This document shows, piece by piece, positions 1 through 12,795 of a stretch of 64,000 nucleotides of DNA. Below the pieces are notes generated by a model. It was not told the origin of the DNA. It worked only from the letters and a program-made list of their open reading frames with translations, and did no database searches. Within the stretch, counting starts at the first letter, position 1. Every line of letters starts with the position of its first letter. The stretch is from Squalus acanthias. Taxonomy: Eukaryota. Location of the stretch: positions 1,736,001 through 1,800,000 of the forward strand of contig CM059433.1 in the NCBI GenBank assembly GCA_030390025.1. The letters are read 5' to 3'. A program made the position numbers and the translations under genes.

Positions 1-3000
1 AGAGATCAGGCCATCTTAGACTGGGTATTATACAATGAGAAAGGATTAATTAGCAATCTTGTTGTGCGAGGCCCCTTGGATCGGAGCGATCATAATATGA
101 TAGAATTCTTCATTAGGATGGAGAGTGAAGTAGTTGACTCAGAGACTAGGGTCCTAAATTTAAATAAAGGAAACTACGATGGTATGAGGTGCGAGTTGGG
201 TAGGATTGATTGGGGAATGTCACTCAAAGGGTTGATGGTGGATAGGCAATGGCAAACATTCAAAGACCGCATGGACGAACTACAGAATTTGTTCATCCCA
301 GTTTGGCATAAGAATAAAACAAAAAGGGTGACTCAACTGTGGCTAACAAGGGAAATTAGGGATAGCATAAGATCCAAGGAGAGGGCATATAAATTGGCCA
401 GAAAAAGCAGTAACCCTGAGGATTGGGAGCAGTTTAAGATTCAACAAAGGAGGACAAAGGGATTAATTAAGAAGGGGAAAATAGAATGCAAGAGTAAGCT
501 TGCAGGGAACATAAAAACTGACTGTAAAAGCTTTTGTAGATATGTGAAGAGAAAAAGATTAGTGAAATAAAGCATAGGTCCCTTGCAGTCAGAATCAGGG
601 GAACTTATAATGGGGAACAAAGAAATGTCAGACCAATTAAATACATATTTTGGTTCTGTCTTCACAAAGGAGGACACAAATAACCTCCCAGAGATGTTGG
701 GGAACATAGGGTCTGATGAAAGGGAGGAACTGAAAGAAATCAGTATTTGTAGGGAAATGGTGTTAGGGAAATTGAAGGGATTGAAGGCCGATAAATCCCC
801 AGGGCCTGATAATCTACATCCTAGGGTACTTAAGGAAGTGGCCCTAGAAATAGTAGATGCATTGCTGATCATCTTCCAACATTCGATGGAATCTGGAACA
901 GTACCCATGGATTGGAGGGTAGCTAATGTTACCCCACTATTCAAAAAGGGTGGTAGAGAGAAAACGGGGAATTATAGACCGGTAAGCCTGACATCGGTAG
1001 TGGGGAAAATGCTAGAGTCCATTATAAAAGATGTAATAGCTGAGCACTTGGAAAACAGTGACAGGATCGGACAAAGTCAACATGGATTATTTTGGATTTA
1101 CAAAAGGTAAATCATGCTTGACTAATCTACTGGAATTTTTTGAGGATGTAACTGGTAAAATAGATAAGGGAGAACCAGTGGATGTGGTGTATTTGGACTT
1201 CCAGAAGGCTTTCGATAAGGTCCCGCATAAGAGATTAGCGTGTAAAGTTAAGGCACATGGGATTGGGGGCAAGGTATTGATGTGGATAGAGAACTGGTTG
1301 GCAGACAGAAAGCACAGGGCTGGATTTTGAAACTGGGGTCGGGTTGGTGTCGTGAATCACACATTCTGGCTTGTAAACCCGCCTCCATCGAGATGTGGCC
1401 AACCCACTGTATTTTCCCTTGATTGACCTTGTTGAGCCCGCCCAGTGGGCTCAGCAGGCCAATTAAGGGCCACCCGGCAACAGGTGACGTCACAGATTGA
1501 CATTTCATCTGTCAAGAGCTTTTGACAGATGAAATATCTGCGTTTGACAGCTCTGTGAAGCTGTCAAACACTGACAATGGCCCAGAAATTGATCTCGCTC
1601 TGTTCCCGCGAGGGTAAGGCTTCCCCGCGATCTCTCACTCCGCTTGTGCTTTTTCAGATCCAGCTCGCATGAACTTGATGTTCCAGACATCAGCTGGGCA
1701 GTGCTTGCGTATCCCACCGGCGTAGTGAATTCGTGCGAACTGTGGGATCACGTGACTCAGTTAGAGCCAATGGCAGCACACCATCTTCCATTCATAAGTT
1801 TCACATACGTGCTGTGAAATCTATGAATCTTACACCCCCCCAAAATAACAGCTAAACCTCAATTAAATTAAAAAAAAAACCATCACATTAATAAAATAAG
1901 TATAGTTAAATAAATTAACCATTTTAAATAAAAAATTAAATTTTTGAAAAAATTTAAAATCTTTTAAAAAGTTATAAAAATAAACTTACCTGTCTTTAAA
2001 GTCTCTAAAAAAGATATAGCTGTTAAAAAATATTCAAAAAAATACTTAATTCACTACTTACCTTGTTAAAAGTGGGTCTTACTCCTCCTTTTTCCATTTC
2101 TAAAATCTTCCGTACTTACCTGCGCGTCCAAAGCATGAAGTGCACAGCGTGCGCGCAGCCTGTAGCGCGCACGCGATGCACCGAGGAACCGCCCCCTTTT
2201 CAAAAGACCAAGTGCCGGTTTTCAGCGCATGCGCAGGGCATGCAGAAAACCGGCAATTGGAGAGAGAATACGCGAGAGTACGCAGTGCGTACTCTCGCAT
2301 CGCGGGATGAATTTTTGGCCCAATATGATTTCTAACTTCAGTCCTTCCTCTCAGGCTGAGTTAGAAATCATTCCACCACAGAAAACAGAAGGCTGCAGTT
2401 TTTGACAGGACCACAGCTTTTCTGCTTTCTGTGCCGGTGAGATTTCTGACTCCTGAGAACTAAAGGGCTGACAACTGCAGGAGGAAGTTAAGGTAAGTAA
2501 AACTTTTTCCCACACTTAGCACTTACCTTACACACTTACCTCTGCACACATGCACCCATCACTCACCTGCCCACCGTACATATCGACCCCTCCAACCCCT
2601 GCAGACCCACAGTCCGCCCCGATAACTTGGCGTGGTTACCACCTGTCGGGAAGCCCACATTTCACCTGTCAATATATAGAGATTATCAAAAAAACTGCCT
2701 GTTAACTACCTGTTAACAGGCAGTTAATTGTCACTAATCCCTTCCCACTTCGGGGAGTCGGGTCTTAGCACAGGTCGGGTACCCGCCGCCAGTGAAACTG
2801 GCATGGAGGCGGGTTGGAGGCGGGATGGGGTCGGGACCCCCGAATCTGCAACTTTAACCCCCCCGCCTCCAAACCCGACTCTACGGGTCATTGAAAATCC
2901 AGCCCAAAGAGTTGGAATAAACGGGTCTTTTTCCGAGTGGCAGGCAGTGACTAGTGGGGTACCGCAGGGATCGGTCCTTGGACCCCAGCTATTCACAATA

Positions 3001-3828
3001 TATATTAATGATCTAGATGAGGGAACTAGATGTAATATCTCCAAGTTTGCAGATGACACAAAGCTGGGTGGGAGTGTGTGCTGCGAGGAGGATACCGAGA
3101 AACTCCAGTATGATTTGGACAGGCTGGGTGATTGGGCAGAAGCGTGGCAGATGCAATATAACGTGGATAAATGCGAGGTTATCCACTTTGGTGGCAATAA
3201 CAGAAAGGCAGATTATTATCTGAATGGCAATAGATTGGGAGAAGGGGAAGTGCAACGAGACCTGGGTGTCCTTGTGCACCAGTCACTGAAGGTAAGCATG
3301 CAGGTGCAGCAGGCAGTTAAGAAGGCAAATGGTATGTTGGCCTTCATAGCGAGAGGGTTTGAGTACAGGAACAGGGATGTCTTGCTGCAGTTGTACAGGG
3401 CCTTGGTGAGACCACACCTTGAGTATTGTGTGCAGTTTTGGTCGCCTTTTCTGAGGAAGGATGTTCTTGCCATGGAGGGAGTGCAGCGAAGATTTACCAG
3501 ACTGATACCTGGGATGGCAGGAATGACGTATGAAGAGAGATTGGGTCGATTAGGCTTATACTCGCTGGAGTTTCGAAGAATGAGAGGGGATCTCATTGAA
3601 ACTTATAAAATTCTAACAGGACTAGACAGACTGGATGCAGGAAGGATGTTCCCGATGGCCGGGGAGTCCAGAACCAGGGGTCACAGTCTAAAGATAAGGG
3701 GTAAGCCATTTAAGACTGAGATGAGGAGGAATTTCTTCACCCAGAGAGTGGTGAACCTGTGGAATTCTCTACCACAGAAGGCAGTAGAGGCCAAGTCTCC
3801 TGCTCCTATCTTCTATGATTCTATTCTA
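1..3828 (+). mobile_element. CR1-clade LINE, ORF2 (end of APE endonuclease plus RT) pseudogene, split by a MITE at 1317-2905
   Basis: ORF pieces carry [43 protein letters not shown] and FADD motifs, with stops and frameshifts. Ends in CR1 tail CCTGCTCCTATCTTCTATG after a 3' deletion near 3797. Confidence 0.95.
1317..2905. mobile_element. Non-autonomous PIF/Harbinger-type DNA transposon (MITE family B)
   Basis: Perfect 12-bp TIR GGGCTGGATTTT/AAAATCCAGCCC and 3-bp TSD ACA/AAA. The CR1 RT sequence ([11 protein letters not shown]) rejoins across it. Confidence 0.9.
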
Positions 3829-3829
3829 A

Positions 3830-4613
3830 GCAGCGGTCACCAATCAAAGGTAAGTTATTTTTTAAAAACGATTTTAAGGTCTGCTACTAGCCTGCCCTCG
3901 GCCCCCCTTCCTGTTCTCACAGTGTCAGCTGTGTCAGAAGGTCGTGGGTTCAAGTCCCACTCCAGGGACGTGAGCACATAAAGCTAGGCTGACCCTCCAG
4001 TGCAGTGCTGAGGGAGTGCTGCACTGTTGGAGGTGCTGTCTTTCGGATGAGACGTTAAACTGAGGCCCCATCTGCTCTCAGTTGGATGTAAAAGTTCCCT
4101 TGGCACTATTTTGAAGAAGAGCAGGGGAGTTATCCCCGGTGTCCTGGGGCCAATATTTATCCCTCAACCAACATAACAAAAACAGATAATCTGGTCATTG
4201 TCATATTGCTGTTCGTGGGAGCTTGCTGTGCGCAAATTGGCTGCTGCGTTTCCCACATTACAACAGTGACTCCACTTCAAAAAAATACTTCATTGGCTGT
4301 AAAGTGCTTTGGGACGTCCGGTGGTCGTGAAAGGCGCTATATAAATGCAAGTTTTTCTTTCTTCTTTCTTCTTTATTTCCTTCTCTCCCCACTCCGCCCC
4401 CCGCCCCCCCCCCACCCCCCCGCCCCAGGCCTTAGCTGAGGGCCGCTGCCGCTAAGACAAGTGGCCAGGAATTCGTTTCTCTAGTCGCCGCTTGTTTAGA
4501 CGAGGCCCGAGGACCAACTTCTTGCGATCCTCGGGCCTCTGTCTTCGGGCTCAGGGACCATTCCCTGCACCCATTTGGTGTCTGGAAACTGGCCTGCACA
4601 AATTTCTCGGCCC
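3830..4613. mobile_element. Probable right half of another Harbinger-type MITE, interrupted by a SINE
   Basis: Ends in AAATTTCTCGGCCC, resembling the other GGGnnnGAAATT TIRs in the window. GC-rich. Left TIR not seen. Confidence 0.4.
3932..4375 (+). mobile_element. tRNA-derived DeuSINE (SacSINE1/AmnSINE1-related)
   Basis: B-box GGTTCAAGTCC, recognisable Deu central domain (TTTCGGATGAGACGTTAAAC...GAAGAAGAGCAGGGGAGTT), L2-type tail AAAGGCGCTATATAAATGCAAG followed by TTTC repeats. Recognised from memory of the consensus. Confidence 0.85.
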
Positions 4614-4786
4614 GCACATTTCATTCCATAACTAAATGAGAACCCATGTTCGGTGACCTATTTGCAACCTCGCCTTTTTATGGATTGCATGTTTACTATC
4701 AATATATTTGTTCCACGAGCACACCTAAAAATATATAGATGTGAAATGGTCAGATAGAAAATCCAAGAGAAAGAACACTGCGACTA

Positions 4787-5326
4787 TAGAACAGCATGTT
4801 ACATAGAAGATAGGAGCGGGAGTAGGCCATTCGGCCCCTCGAGCCTGCTCCGCCATTCAATGCGATCATGGCTGATCATCCAAATTCAGTACCCTGGGTC
4901 TGCTTTCTCCCCATATCCCTTGATCCCCTTAGCCTTAAGAAATATATCTAACTCCTTCTTGAATATATTTAATGAATTGGCCTCAACTACCTTCTGTGGT
5001 AGAGAATTCCACAGGTTCACCACTCTCTGGGTGAAGAAATTCCTCCTCATCTCAGTCCTAAATGGCTTACCCCTTATCCTTAGACTGTGACCCCTGGTTC
5101 TGGACTCCCCCACCATTGGGAACATCCTTCCTGCATCTAGTCTGTCTAATCCTGTTAGAATTTTATAAGTTTCAATGAGATCCCCTCTCATTCTTCTAAA
5201 CTCTAGCAAATACAAGCCCAATCGACCCAATCTCTCTTCATACGTCATTCCTGCCATCCCAGGTATCAGTCTGGAGAATCTTCGCTGCACTCCCTCCATG
5301 GCAAGAACATCCTTCCTCAGATAAGG
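4787..5326 (-). mobile_element. 5'-truncated CR1 LINE 3' fragment
   Basis: ORF2 C-terminus (YLRKDVLAMEGVQRRF...GIKGYGE) plus CR1 3' UTR. Same subfamily as 1-3828. Confidence 0.95.
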
Positions 5327-6261
5327 TTGATGTTGTTGTTCGAACTTGAGACAGAAGGCCATTAAATTAAGATTTCCTCTGCAAGTTGAATATAGTTGTT
5401 TATGTGTTTGTGGTTTGAGTTATCTCACAAAGACTTTTAATCCTAATGAGGAAAACGAAAGATAAATGTTTTGGGCAATTGAACATACAGATACAAAGCA
5501 GGTTCAAAATGAGAAAGATTACAGGAAGGGTGGAACGTCAGATCTAAGGACAGTAATTATTTAGGCATTATAATAAATTGCAGTTAATATTCCATACGTA
5601 CAGATTACTGAACTGAGTTGTGAAAGGCCAGGACCTGCCTGCCTAACCCGGGAAGGATGTTGGGTTTGGAACTACTCCAGGGCAAGCAGGATGTAAGGCC
5701 TGTTTTAGAACACAGAAAGATGAATATAATTCATTCTCCGCTTAATGATGTAACAATGTAGGCAGGATCCAACTTGTGTGCTTCCTTGGTAGGAATCTTC
5801 TACACTTCACACTCCCAGACTCACAACAGAATCAGACTGATCCATTTTTGGAATGTGAAAGAGTGTATTTGGCCTCTAACTGATGCTTTAATTTTCACCA
5901 CGAAAACATTTTCATTTGAATTTTGAACATAATAGATGGAAATATAATAGACAGCTACTGCATTCTAACTTCCTAAAGAGTGTCAGAGTGTTTAAGAAGT
6001 AACATCAGAAGGCACCTTTAGAACCTGGGTTGAAATGTAATTCATACAGACGAGACTCTTCTCTCTGATGCCGTAACAGGAACAATTCATTTCACTTTAG
6101 ACACTTGCAGCCATCAGAGGATCTGCATTGAGACTACCCAACTCACTTCACTTGTCTCAATCTCAATCTTACCAAAGTGCTCGCATTTTGCACTGATTGC
6201 CACTTAAATGGTCATCTCAGATGTTGGCTGGTGTCGAGAAAGAAAATAGCACAGTTACATA

Positions 6262-6380
6262 GAAGAAAAAGAAGTTAGATTTATATAGTGTCTTTCACGA
6301 CCTCAGCATGTTCCAAAGCGCTTCACAGCCAATGAAGTACTTTCTGAAGTCACTGTAGTACCTGTTGTAATGTAGGAAAT
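6262..6380 (-). mobile_element. DeuSINE 3' tail fragment
   Basis: Reverse complement resembles 4250-4360. Confidence 0.65.
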
Positions 6381-8209
6381 GTTATAATCAGGGGTGCCGA
6401 TCAAAGGTTGGCAGTTAAAGGCTCACTTTTGGGGCAAAGAAGGGAATTTCACCCCTGATCTAAACCGTGCTACCCATACTTGATCTGGGAATGTTAAATC
6501 GGAGTCTTGTCTGAGTTTGTTCTGCCTTTGGGAGCCTCGCCCACAGGCAACATCTATCAGAAATGTGGGCACGCACTCTGCATCATTTTGTGACCACTAC
6601 AATCAGAACATTGGGCACGGCACACACCTGAATCTTTGAACAGTGTTGCTGACAGGCAAAGCTTACACCGGCAATACAAAGTCAGCAAATTAACGTCAAT
6701 ATTGAAAACCTTCTGTTCGCCAACACCAACTTCCTTCAGGAGCGTAATAATTCACTCAGTCGCTCCCTACAGAAAAGAAAGGCAATCACAAAGAACATGG
6801 CGGAACTATTTTGAATTTGTGAACCTTTAAGGTACGTGCTCTGATTTATGGGTTTTTTTTAAATTGGGTTTTGCCAAATTAGGATAATGTGAGCCCTAGT
6901 GAAATAGTCCAACTTTATTATAATTTCTTCCAATTTGTTTTATTTCTACAAACACGGGTACTTTGTGTAAAGTAATAAAATAAACTGCATTCGACATCAA
7001 GAGTCCATAATCTTGTGCAGCTTCCACAAATGTTAGCCAATTTTTCCATAAACTGCTAGTTCCCTTTAAGTGCTCTCCGGCAGGAGATACTGATGTAGTC
7101 AAGGACGGTGAAGTACAATACCTTGTTGGATTTTAGAAGATAACTGTAATCACAGGTTTTGTTCCGCCAGTGTGAAGAGGTTAATCATTAAAATGTGTAA
7201 CACCGTTTAACCACGCTTTGGAAAATGTGTTGCTGATTGTCATCGAAAAAATTGGGACAATTTGAATCTTCTCTTGGGGAGAAAAGAATTCATTCAAAAC
7301 ACTGTCATCAAGGAAAAGAACCCAAGTACAAATGGTGATAGTGGTAATCATGCAACCAATCAGTGGTAAGAACAATCAAAGCTCTGAAACTGTTCAAAAA
7401 CTTAATTATTCTATGATGAAAATCTAGCCGACTTCACGACCACAGTCATGTTGGATATTTTAACTCTCAATGTGGCAGCATACAAGACTGTCTTTGCCCA
7501 GAACAATAGTCCCTCTTTAAAAGTGGGAATCTTACCATTTCCTACATTGCACTTTTGAATTAAGGCTCGACTTTTTTGATATTAAACTGAAGATATCAAT
7601 GTTTTTTTTAAAAAAAGCTTTAACAATAGTTTTACTGCATGGTAACAATTAAGATAGTTTCAAAAGAGCAAAGGGACTCAAATTCAGTCCCAAATTACTA
7701 TGTAGATTAATCTCTGCGTTTCTTCAAATTGCATTTAAAAATGCATCCGAACAGGCTGTAAATCTCCCCTATTAGTTTTCATTTCCAGTTAACCAACAAG
7801 CCAAATAGGGTTGTTAATGCAAAATTTGTCTTAAGTAACATTTAATCTTGGTTTTGCTTGCTATCCTCTGTCCCTTATTTGCTTGTTGATTGCGATCTTT
7901 AAAGCTAGGATTAAGCAACCACACACAGTTTAATCTCTAGGGATACAACTCCACATCTAAGAGCAGCAAGTCTCTGATGTTTAAACTGAGAAATGGCAAC
8001 CAACTGTTATGCAAGGAAAATGGCAAATAACTTGATAAATAGTTCTATTATGAACGATAGGTCTATTATGAATTCTTATAGCAATTAGGCAAGGAAAGGT
8101 AAATCTAGGTATGCATATTAGGCGATCTCCTGCGATGCCTCACAGGGTAGTCAAGACCAATCTGACCAAGGTCAAGCAGGATTGGAGGGTAGCTATAATG
8201 GAATCATTT

Positions 8210-8525
8210 TGGGGGAGTGGGGTGGTGGAAGGCGGAGGAAGAGGAGGCAAATAGGAGGAGGAGAGGGAGAGGCGGGTAGGGGAAGAAGAGGGGATGCATG
8301 GGAGAAGAGGTAGGGAGAGACAGCAATGGGGAGTGGGCATGGGAGAGAGAAAGGGGAGCAGGGAAGGTAGGGGAGAGGAGGGGAAGGAGAAGACAGTGGG
8401 AGGGGAGAGAGAAGGTAATTGGAGAGAAAGGAACAAGGAAGGGAGCGGGTGGGGAAGAGGTTGGAATAAGGGAGGGGAAGAGGAAGGAAGTGTTGAGGAA
8501 GGGGAATTCAGATCAGTGGGGGCAG
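8210..8525. repeat. Purine (GA)-rich low-complexity tract
   Basis: Predominantly G/A on the + strand; produces spurious Gly/Glu/Arg ORFs. Confidence 0.85.
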
Positions 8526-9587
8526 AAGGACAGAATTGAGGTACTAGACAGCAAGCCGAGGAGAAATACAGCCAGTCCAGGTTGTGGGTGGGAAGAGGTG
8601 CTATGAATGGGAAATGCCAGTTGGAGGTGGTGTTACTGTAAAAGGGAATTAAGGGAGCTTAAATCTCGTTGGAGGGGAAAAGATGGAGCTGAAATCTTGC
8701 TCATTATGGGAGAAGGAAGGGAGCCAAACTCTTGCTTATCGGGAGGAGAACAGAGCCCAATACTTGCACAGCAGTGGATACATACTTGCTCATCCCGTTG
8801 GTGATGAAGGGTTTGAAATGGGGGAAGGGGACAGGCCAAAATCTTGTTGGGGGATGAGAGAACCAAAAAGTTGCACATGGGGGTGAGGGAGATGAAGGAG
8901 GCCTGAAACTTACTCAGCTGGGGGCGGAGCAAATACTTGTTCATCGGGGGAGCTCAATATGTGCTCAGCAAGGGGCAGCTAAGTATTTGTTTGAAATCCT
9001 GCTCGGCATGGGGTAGTTGGGGAGGGTGTTGACTTTCCACCAATGCCATTGCTCTGACACTTGGCCTTTTCCATTATTATAACTCTACAAGCTTCCGCGT
9101 TCTGTATTTTTCCATCCAGGCCTCTGTTTCTTTCTATAATTCACTTCATTTCCCACTTGCATCCACCACTTTATATTTTTTTCTCCATGGACTGCATTCC
9201 TTTTGGCATTAGCGGGTAAACTTCTCATGAACTTTTTTTACTTCTGATTTCAAATTAGAAGCTGAATGCATTGTGATTGTTTAATTGGATTAAGCATATT
9301 ATTTGCTTCATTTGACCGTTTCTCTGGCACCACACACATTGATTCTTTTACTGGACAAATATATATGATTCATTTTGAGTGCTGTTTGGTCTTTTGCGTA
9401 ACGTTAGGTGGTGTCGCACTGTCATCAATTTGTTTGGTGGTGTTACGTTGAGAACGCCGCCTACATTGGAAGGCTGAGGCTTCGCACTGTTTTCTATCTA
9501 CAAATACACACACAGACATATATATCGATATCTTGAATATATCGCGCATTTCCTGCGTGCATCGTACTTACAGGAAGCGTGTTTAGA

Positions 9588-9960
9588 TCCCCTCATGGCC
9601 TTGTCCCTCTCTATCTCTGTAATCTCCGCCAGTCCTATAACCGTCCTCCAAACATTCTATTCCTCTGACTCTGACTCTTTGTGCATCAACCCCCTCCCCA
9701 CTTCACCCAACATGTGCCTTCAGCAGCCTAGGCCCCACACTCTGGAATGCCCTTCCTAAGCCCGTCCACCTCTTTACTTCCCTCTCCTCCTTTAAGACCA
9801 TTCTTAAAACTCACCTTTTTCAACAAGCTGTTCATCGCCCCCCAATATCTCCTTCTTTGGCTCAACATCCATTTATTTCTCATTACCCCTCTGTGAAGCA
9901 TCTTGGGACATTTTTATATGTTAACGGTGCTGTATAAATACAATTTGCTGTTGTTGTTGC
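9588..9960 (+). mobile_element. L2-clade LINE 3' fragment
   Basis: Similar to 25760-26130, with LWNALP-like C-terminus and tail GTGAAGCATCTTGGGAC...TATAAAT...(TTG)n. Confidence 0.7.
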
Positions 9961-10848
9961 TGTTACCTCACGACATATTTTCCCATCACACTTTGTTGAT
10001 AATGCCCCTATTGTTATAAACCAATGTACTGTAACCCTAATCCTGTTCAATGTGATCTGAGCTTTAAACCCCACATCCTGTGTCTATCACCAAGATTGCT
10101 TACTTCTAGCTCTGTAACATTGGCCATGCCTGTCCCGAGCTCAGCCCTTGGGGTCCACCCTAACCCAAGGGTAGAGAGGCACGCAGCAGCTATTCCTGCT
10201 GAAGCACCCTTGTAGCCAGACTCCTAATGACAACGCCTTCAGCTCAGAGCCTCTGCCATCCATTTCACAAACTTACCTGTCCACATGTCCACCGTACACC
10301 GTCCCCAACAGTGTCCTCTGCAATAACTCATCCTTTCTTTTGCTAATATCTTATTCTGCAATGTCAAAACATAGGGGGAGAAATTCGGTTGGTTAGCGCC
10401 TCCCGTTAGTGCCTCTGGGGGGTGCTAACGACTTACCGCCCAGGCGCGGCGATGTTCGCACAGCCGCCGAAATTCACCTGGCGGTTTGCGGTGGCACTAA
10501 CCACTACCGCCGCGATGTCCTGCGCCCGGAGATCGTGACGTCATCCAGCCGCCCATCGCCCCGGTAGCACCCCAAATTCATTCTCACCCCCTCCCTCAGC
10601 GCCTGCCGTTAGGAACAATGGGTAGAGGAGGCGGTTTGCAGTCAGCTGGGAGCTGGGGGAGCGCGATTTAAAGACGTGCACTTCCTGGGTTTTTTTGTCA
10701 GCAGACAATGCTGCCTTGTCACTTTGACAGAAGCAGACGGGCGCTTTGACCCATTTGAGGTTTTCCTGCTTGAAGGAGTTTTGCTCCTGACAAAAAATTA
10801 TCAGGTTCATTTGTCTTACTTTTGATACTGCAACATTTCCAACACTTA

Positions 10849-12027
10849 ATGGGGGCTGTACTGGCACGGGACCTCGCCTTCCAGCTTCACCATCAGAGGC
10901 AGTGGAGGCAGAGAGAAAGATTGGAAAATGTGGCCAGAGGGAGGAGGGCCAACAGGGCTCTGCACAGGAGACCTTACCCTCCCAGGGTATTCCGGGAGTA
11001 GCTCTCCTACATTCATCTGTCAGAGGAGCAGTGCCTTAGAAGGCTCCATTTCAGCAAGGAGGTGGTCACTGAGCTCTGCCACCTCCTGCAGCCAGAGCTC
11101 CAGCCTCAGCTCAGGACCAGGACGTCTCTCTCAGTGGCAGTGAAGGTCACAGTCGCTCTCAATTTCTAGGCCAGCGGCTCGATCCAGGCTTCAACAGGGG
11201 ATATTGCAAACATTTTGCAGTTCGCCATCCATTGCTGCATCCGGAAGGTGACGGATGCTCTGTACAGAAGGAGAAGGGAGTACATCTCATTCCCCATGAC
11301 CGGGGAGAAACAGGATGAACGCTCATTTGGCTTTGTAAGAATAGTGGGCTTCCCCATGGTTCAGGGCGCCATTGACTGCACCCACGTGGCATTGCGGGCA
11401 CCTCATCACAGTACAGAGGTGTTCCGCAACCGCAAAGGCTACCACTCTTTGAACGTGCAGTTGGTGTGCGACCACAGACAGCACATCCTCGCTGTCAATG
11501 CCCGCTATCCTGGCAGCAGCCACGATGCATTCATCCTGCGACAGACTGGTGTCCCAGCACTGTTCCACCCACCACATGAAGCTCGCGACTGGCTGCTCGG
11601 AGACAGGGTTATCCACTCGCCACCTGGCTGATGACACCCCTCCGCAACCCCAACAGTCCTGCTCAGCATGCATACAAGGAGAGCCATAGCGCCACCAGGA
11701 ACCTGATTGAACAGACTATCGGCGTGCTAAAGCAATGGTTCCGCTGCCTTGACCGCTCAGGAGGAGCCCTGCAGTACTCCCCTGATCGAGTGTCCCTTTT
11801 CATTGTTGTGCTGCATGCTGCACAACTTGGCCATTCTGAGGGCCCAGCCATTGCCACCAGGGATTGTAGGTCTACCTCAGGAGGAGGAAGAGGGAGAGGA
11901 GGAGGAGGAGGAGGGGGAGGAAGAGGATGAAGAGTAGGAGGAGCAGCACCAACGTACGAGGGAGCCACTCAATGTTGCTTCTGCAAAGACCGTTGGTGAG
12001 CGCCTCATTACACAGCGCTTCCAATAA
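10849..12027 (+). pseudogene. Harbinger DDE transposase (HARBI1-like), frameshifted
   Basis: Motifs VQGAIDCTHV, FRNRKGYHSLNVQLVCD, YPGSSHDAFIL, WLLGD, RNLIEQTIGVLK and CCMLHNLA, plus acidic tail, spread over several frames. Confidence 0.93.
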
Positions 12028-12322
12028 ATGAGAGAGCACATGGCTTTTACACAGAACAACCACATCATTACAGCCAGCTCACAGCCCCTATCACCGGGCA
12101 AAGCTCAAATTACAAACACCACAAAATTTGCTACGTCGAAATAAACATTTATTATTCTGCACAACTCTCTCTTATCAAACACAACCAATAATAAACAAAC
12201 ACAACAATTTATGAACAAATACAACTATTTCTTACCAAACTGAACAATATATTTACAAACTCATCAACTTTTGTACACACGCTCCCCCCATTTGCTATTA
12301 ACATTTTATTACTGGGCCTTCC

Positions 12323-12688
12323 TCAATGATTTCCCTCCCCTTTGCAATTCCCCCTCCCAACCCTACTGCTCCTCCGTAATATGGCCCCAGTGGCTGCAGC
12401 AAGGCTGGTGGAAGGCTGCTGAGTCTGGGAGCCAGAGACTGGAGATGGCCTTGCAGGCCGCCCTGGACCAGCTCTGGGCCTGGAGGGCCCGGCTGCAGAC
12501 TGCACCAACTCAGCATGGGCGGCAGCAGTCTGGGCTGGCCGGGTTACAGGCTGCGGCAAGTGCAGTGGGGGAGTGGCAGTGGTGGGAGCAGGACTGCTGT
12601 CATCCTGAGAGAGGACAGCACCTTCCTGCTCGACCGACGTACTGCCACTCCCCTGGGGCAGAACCTCAGCATCCGGAGCAATCTGCTC
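12323..12688 (-). pseudogene. 3' end of the Harbinger accessory (Myb/SANT) gene
   Basis: LEQIAPDAEVLPQGSGS...LSQDD matches the 55760-56145 translation LQQIGRDAEVLPQGSGS...LSQDD. Confidence 0.85.
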
Positions 12689-12762
12689 GAGCCGTCCATC
12701 CTTTGTTCTTTCCACCCCTCCTCCCTGCCCTGCTTCAAAATCTCTCTTCTCTAAACTTTTCC

Positions 12763-12795
12763 AGTTCTGACGAAGGGTCCCCGACCTGAAACCTT
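12763..12795 (+). ncRNA. Minimal type I hammerhead ribozyme, 5' part (remainder at 13617-13623)
   Basis: AGUU-CUGACGA-A-GGGUC/CCC/GACCU-GAAAC-[GUU-AACU]. Helix I AGUU/AACU, palindromic helix III AACGUU. Confidence 0.75.

Larger units (their letters stand above)
10374..12688. mobile_element. PIF/Harbinger transposon, truncated (one TIR, transposase, 3' end of the Myb-like gene)
   Basis: TIR GGGGGAGAAATTCGG at 10374. Colinear in inverted orientation with the right part of the element at 53918-57607. Confidence 0.9.

Noticed and set aside
4380..4613. Host CpG-island promoter
   Set aside because: Short and terminates in a Harbinger-like TIR, so more likely a MITE end.
7137..7365. Plus-strand coding exon ending CAGTG|GTAAGA
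   Set aside because: Stops occur in all three frames and no protein is recognisable.
8140..8606. ORFs over the GA-rich tract
   Set aside because: Low-complexity artefacts.
11215..11930. Domesticated host gene HARBI1
   Set aside because: Frameshifted, multi-copy in the window and associated with TIRs, so it is a transposon copy.
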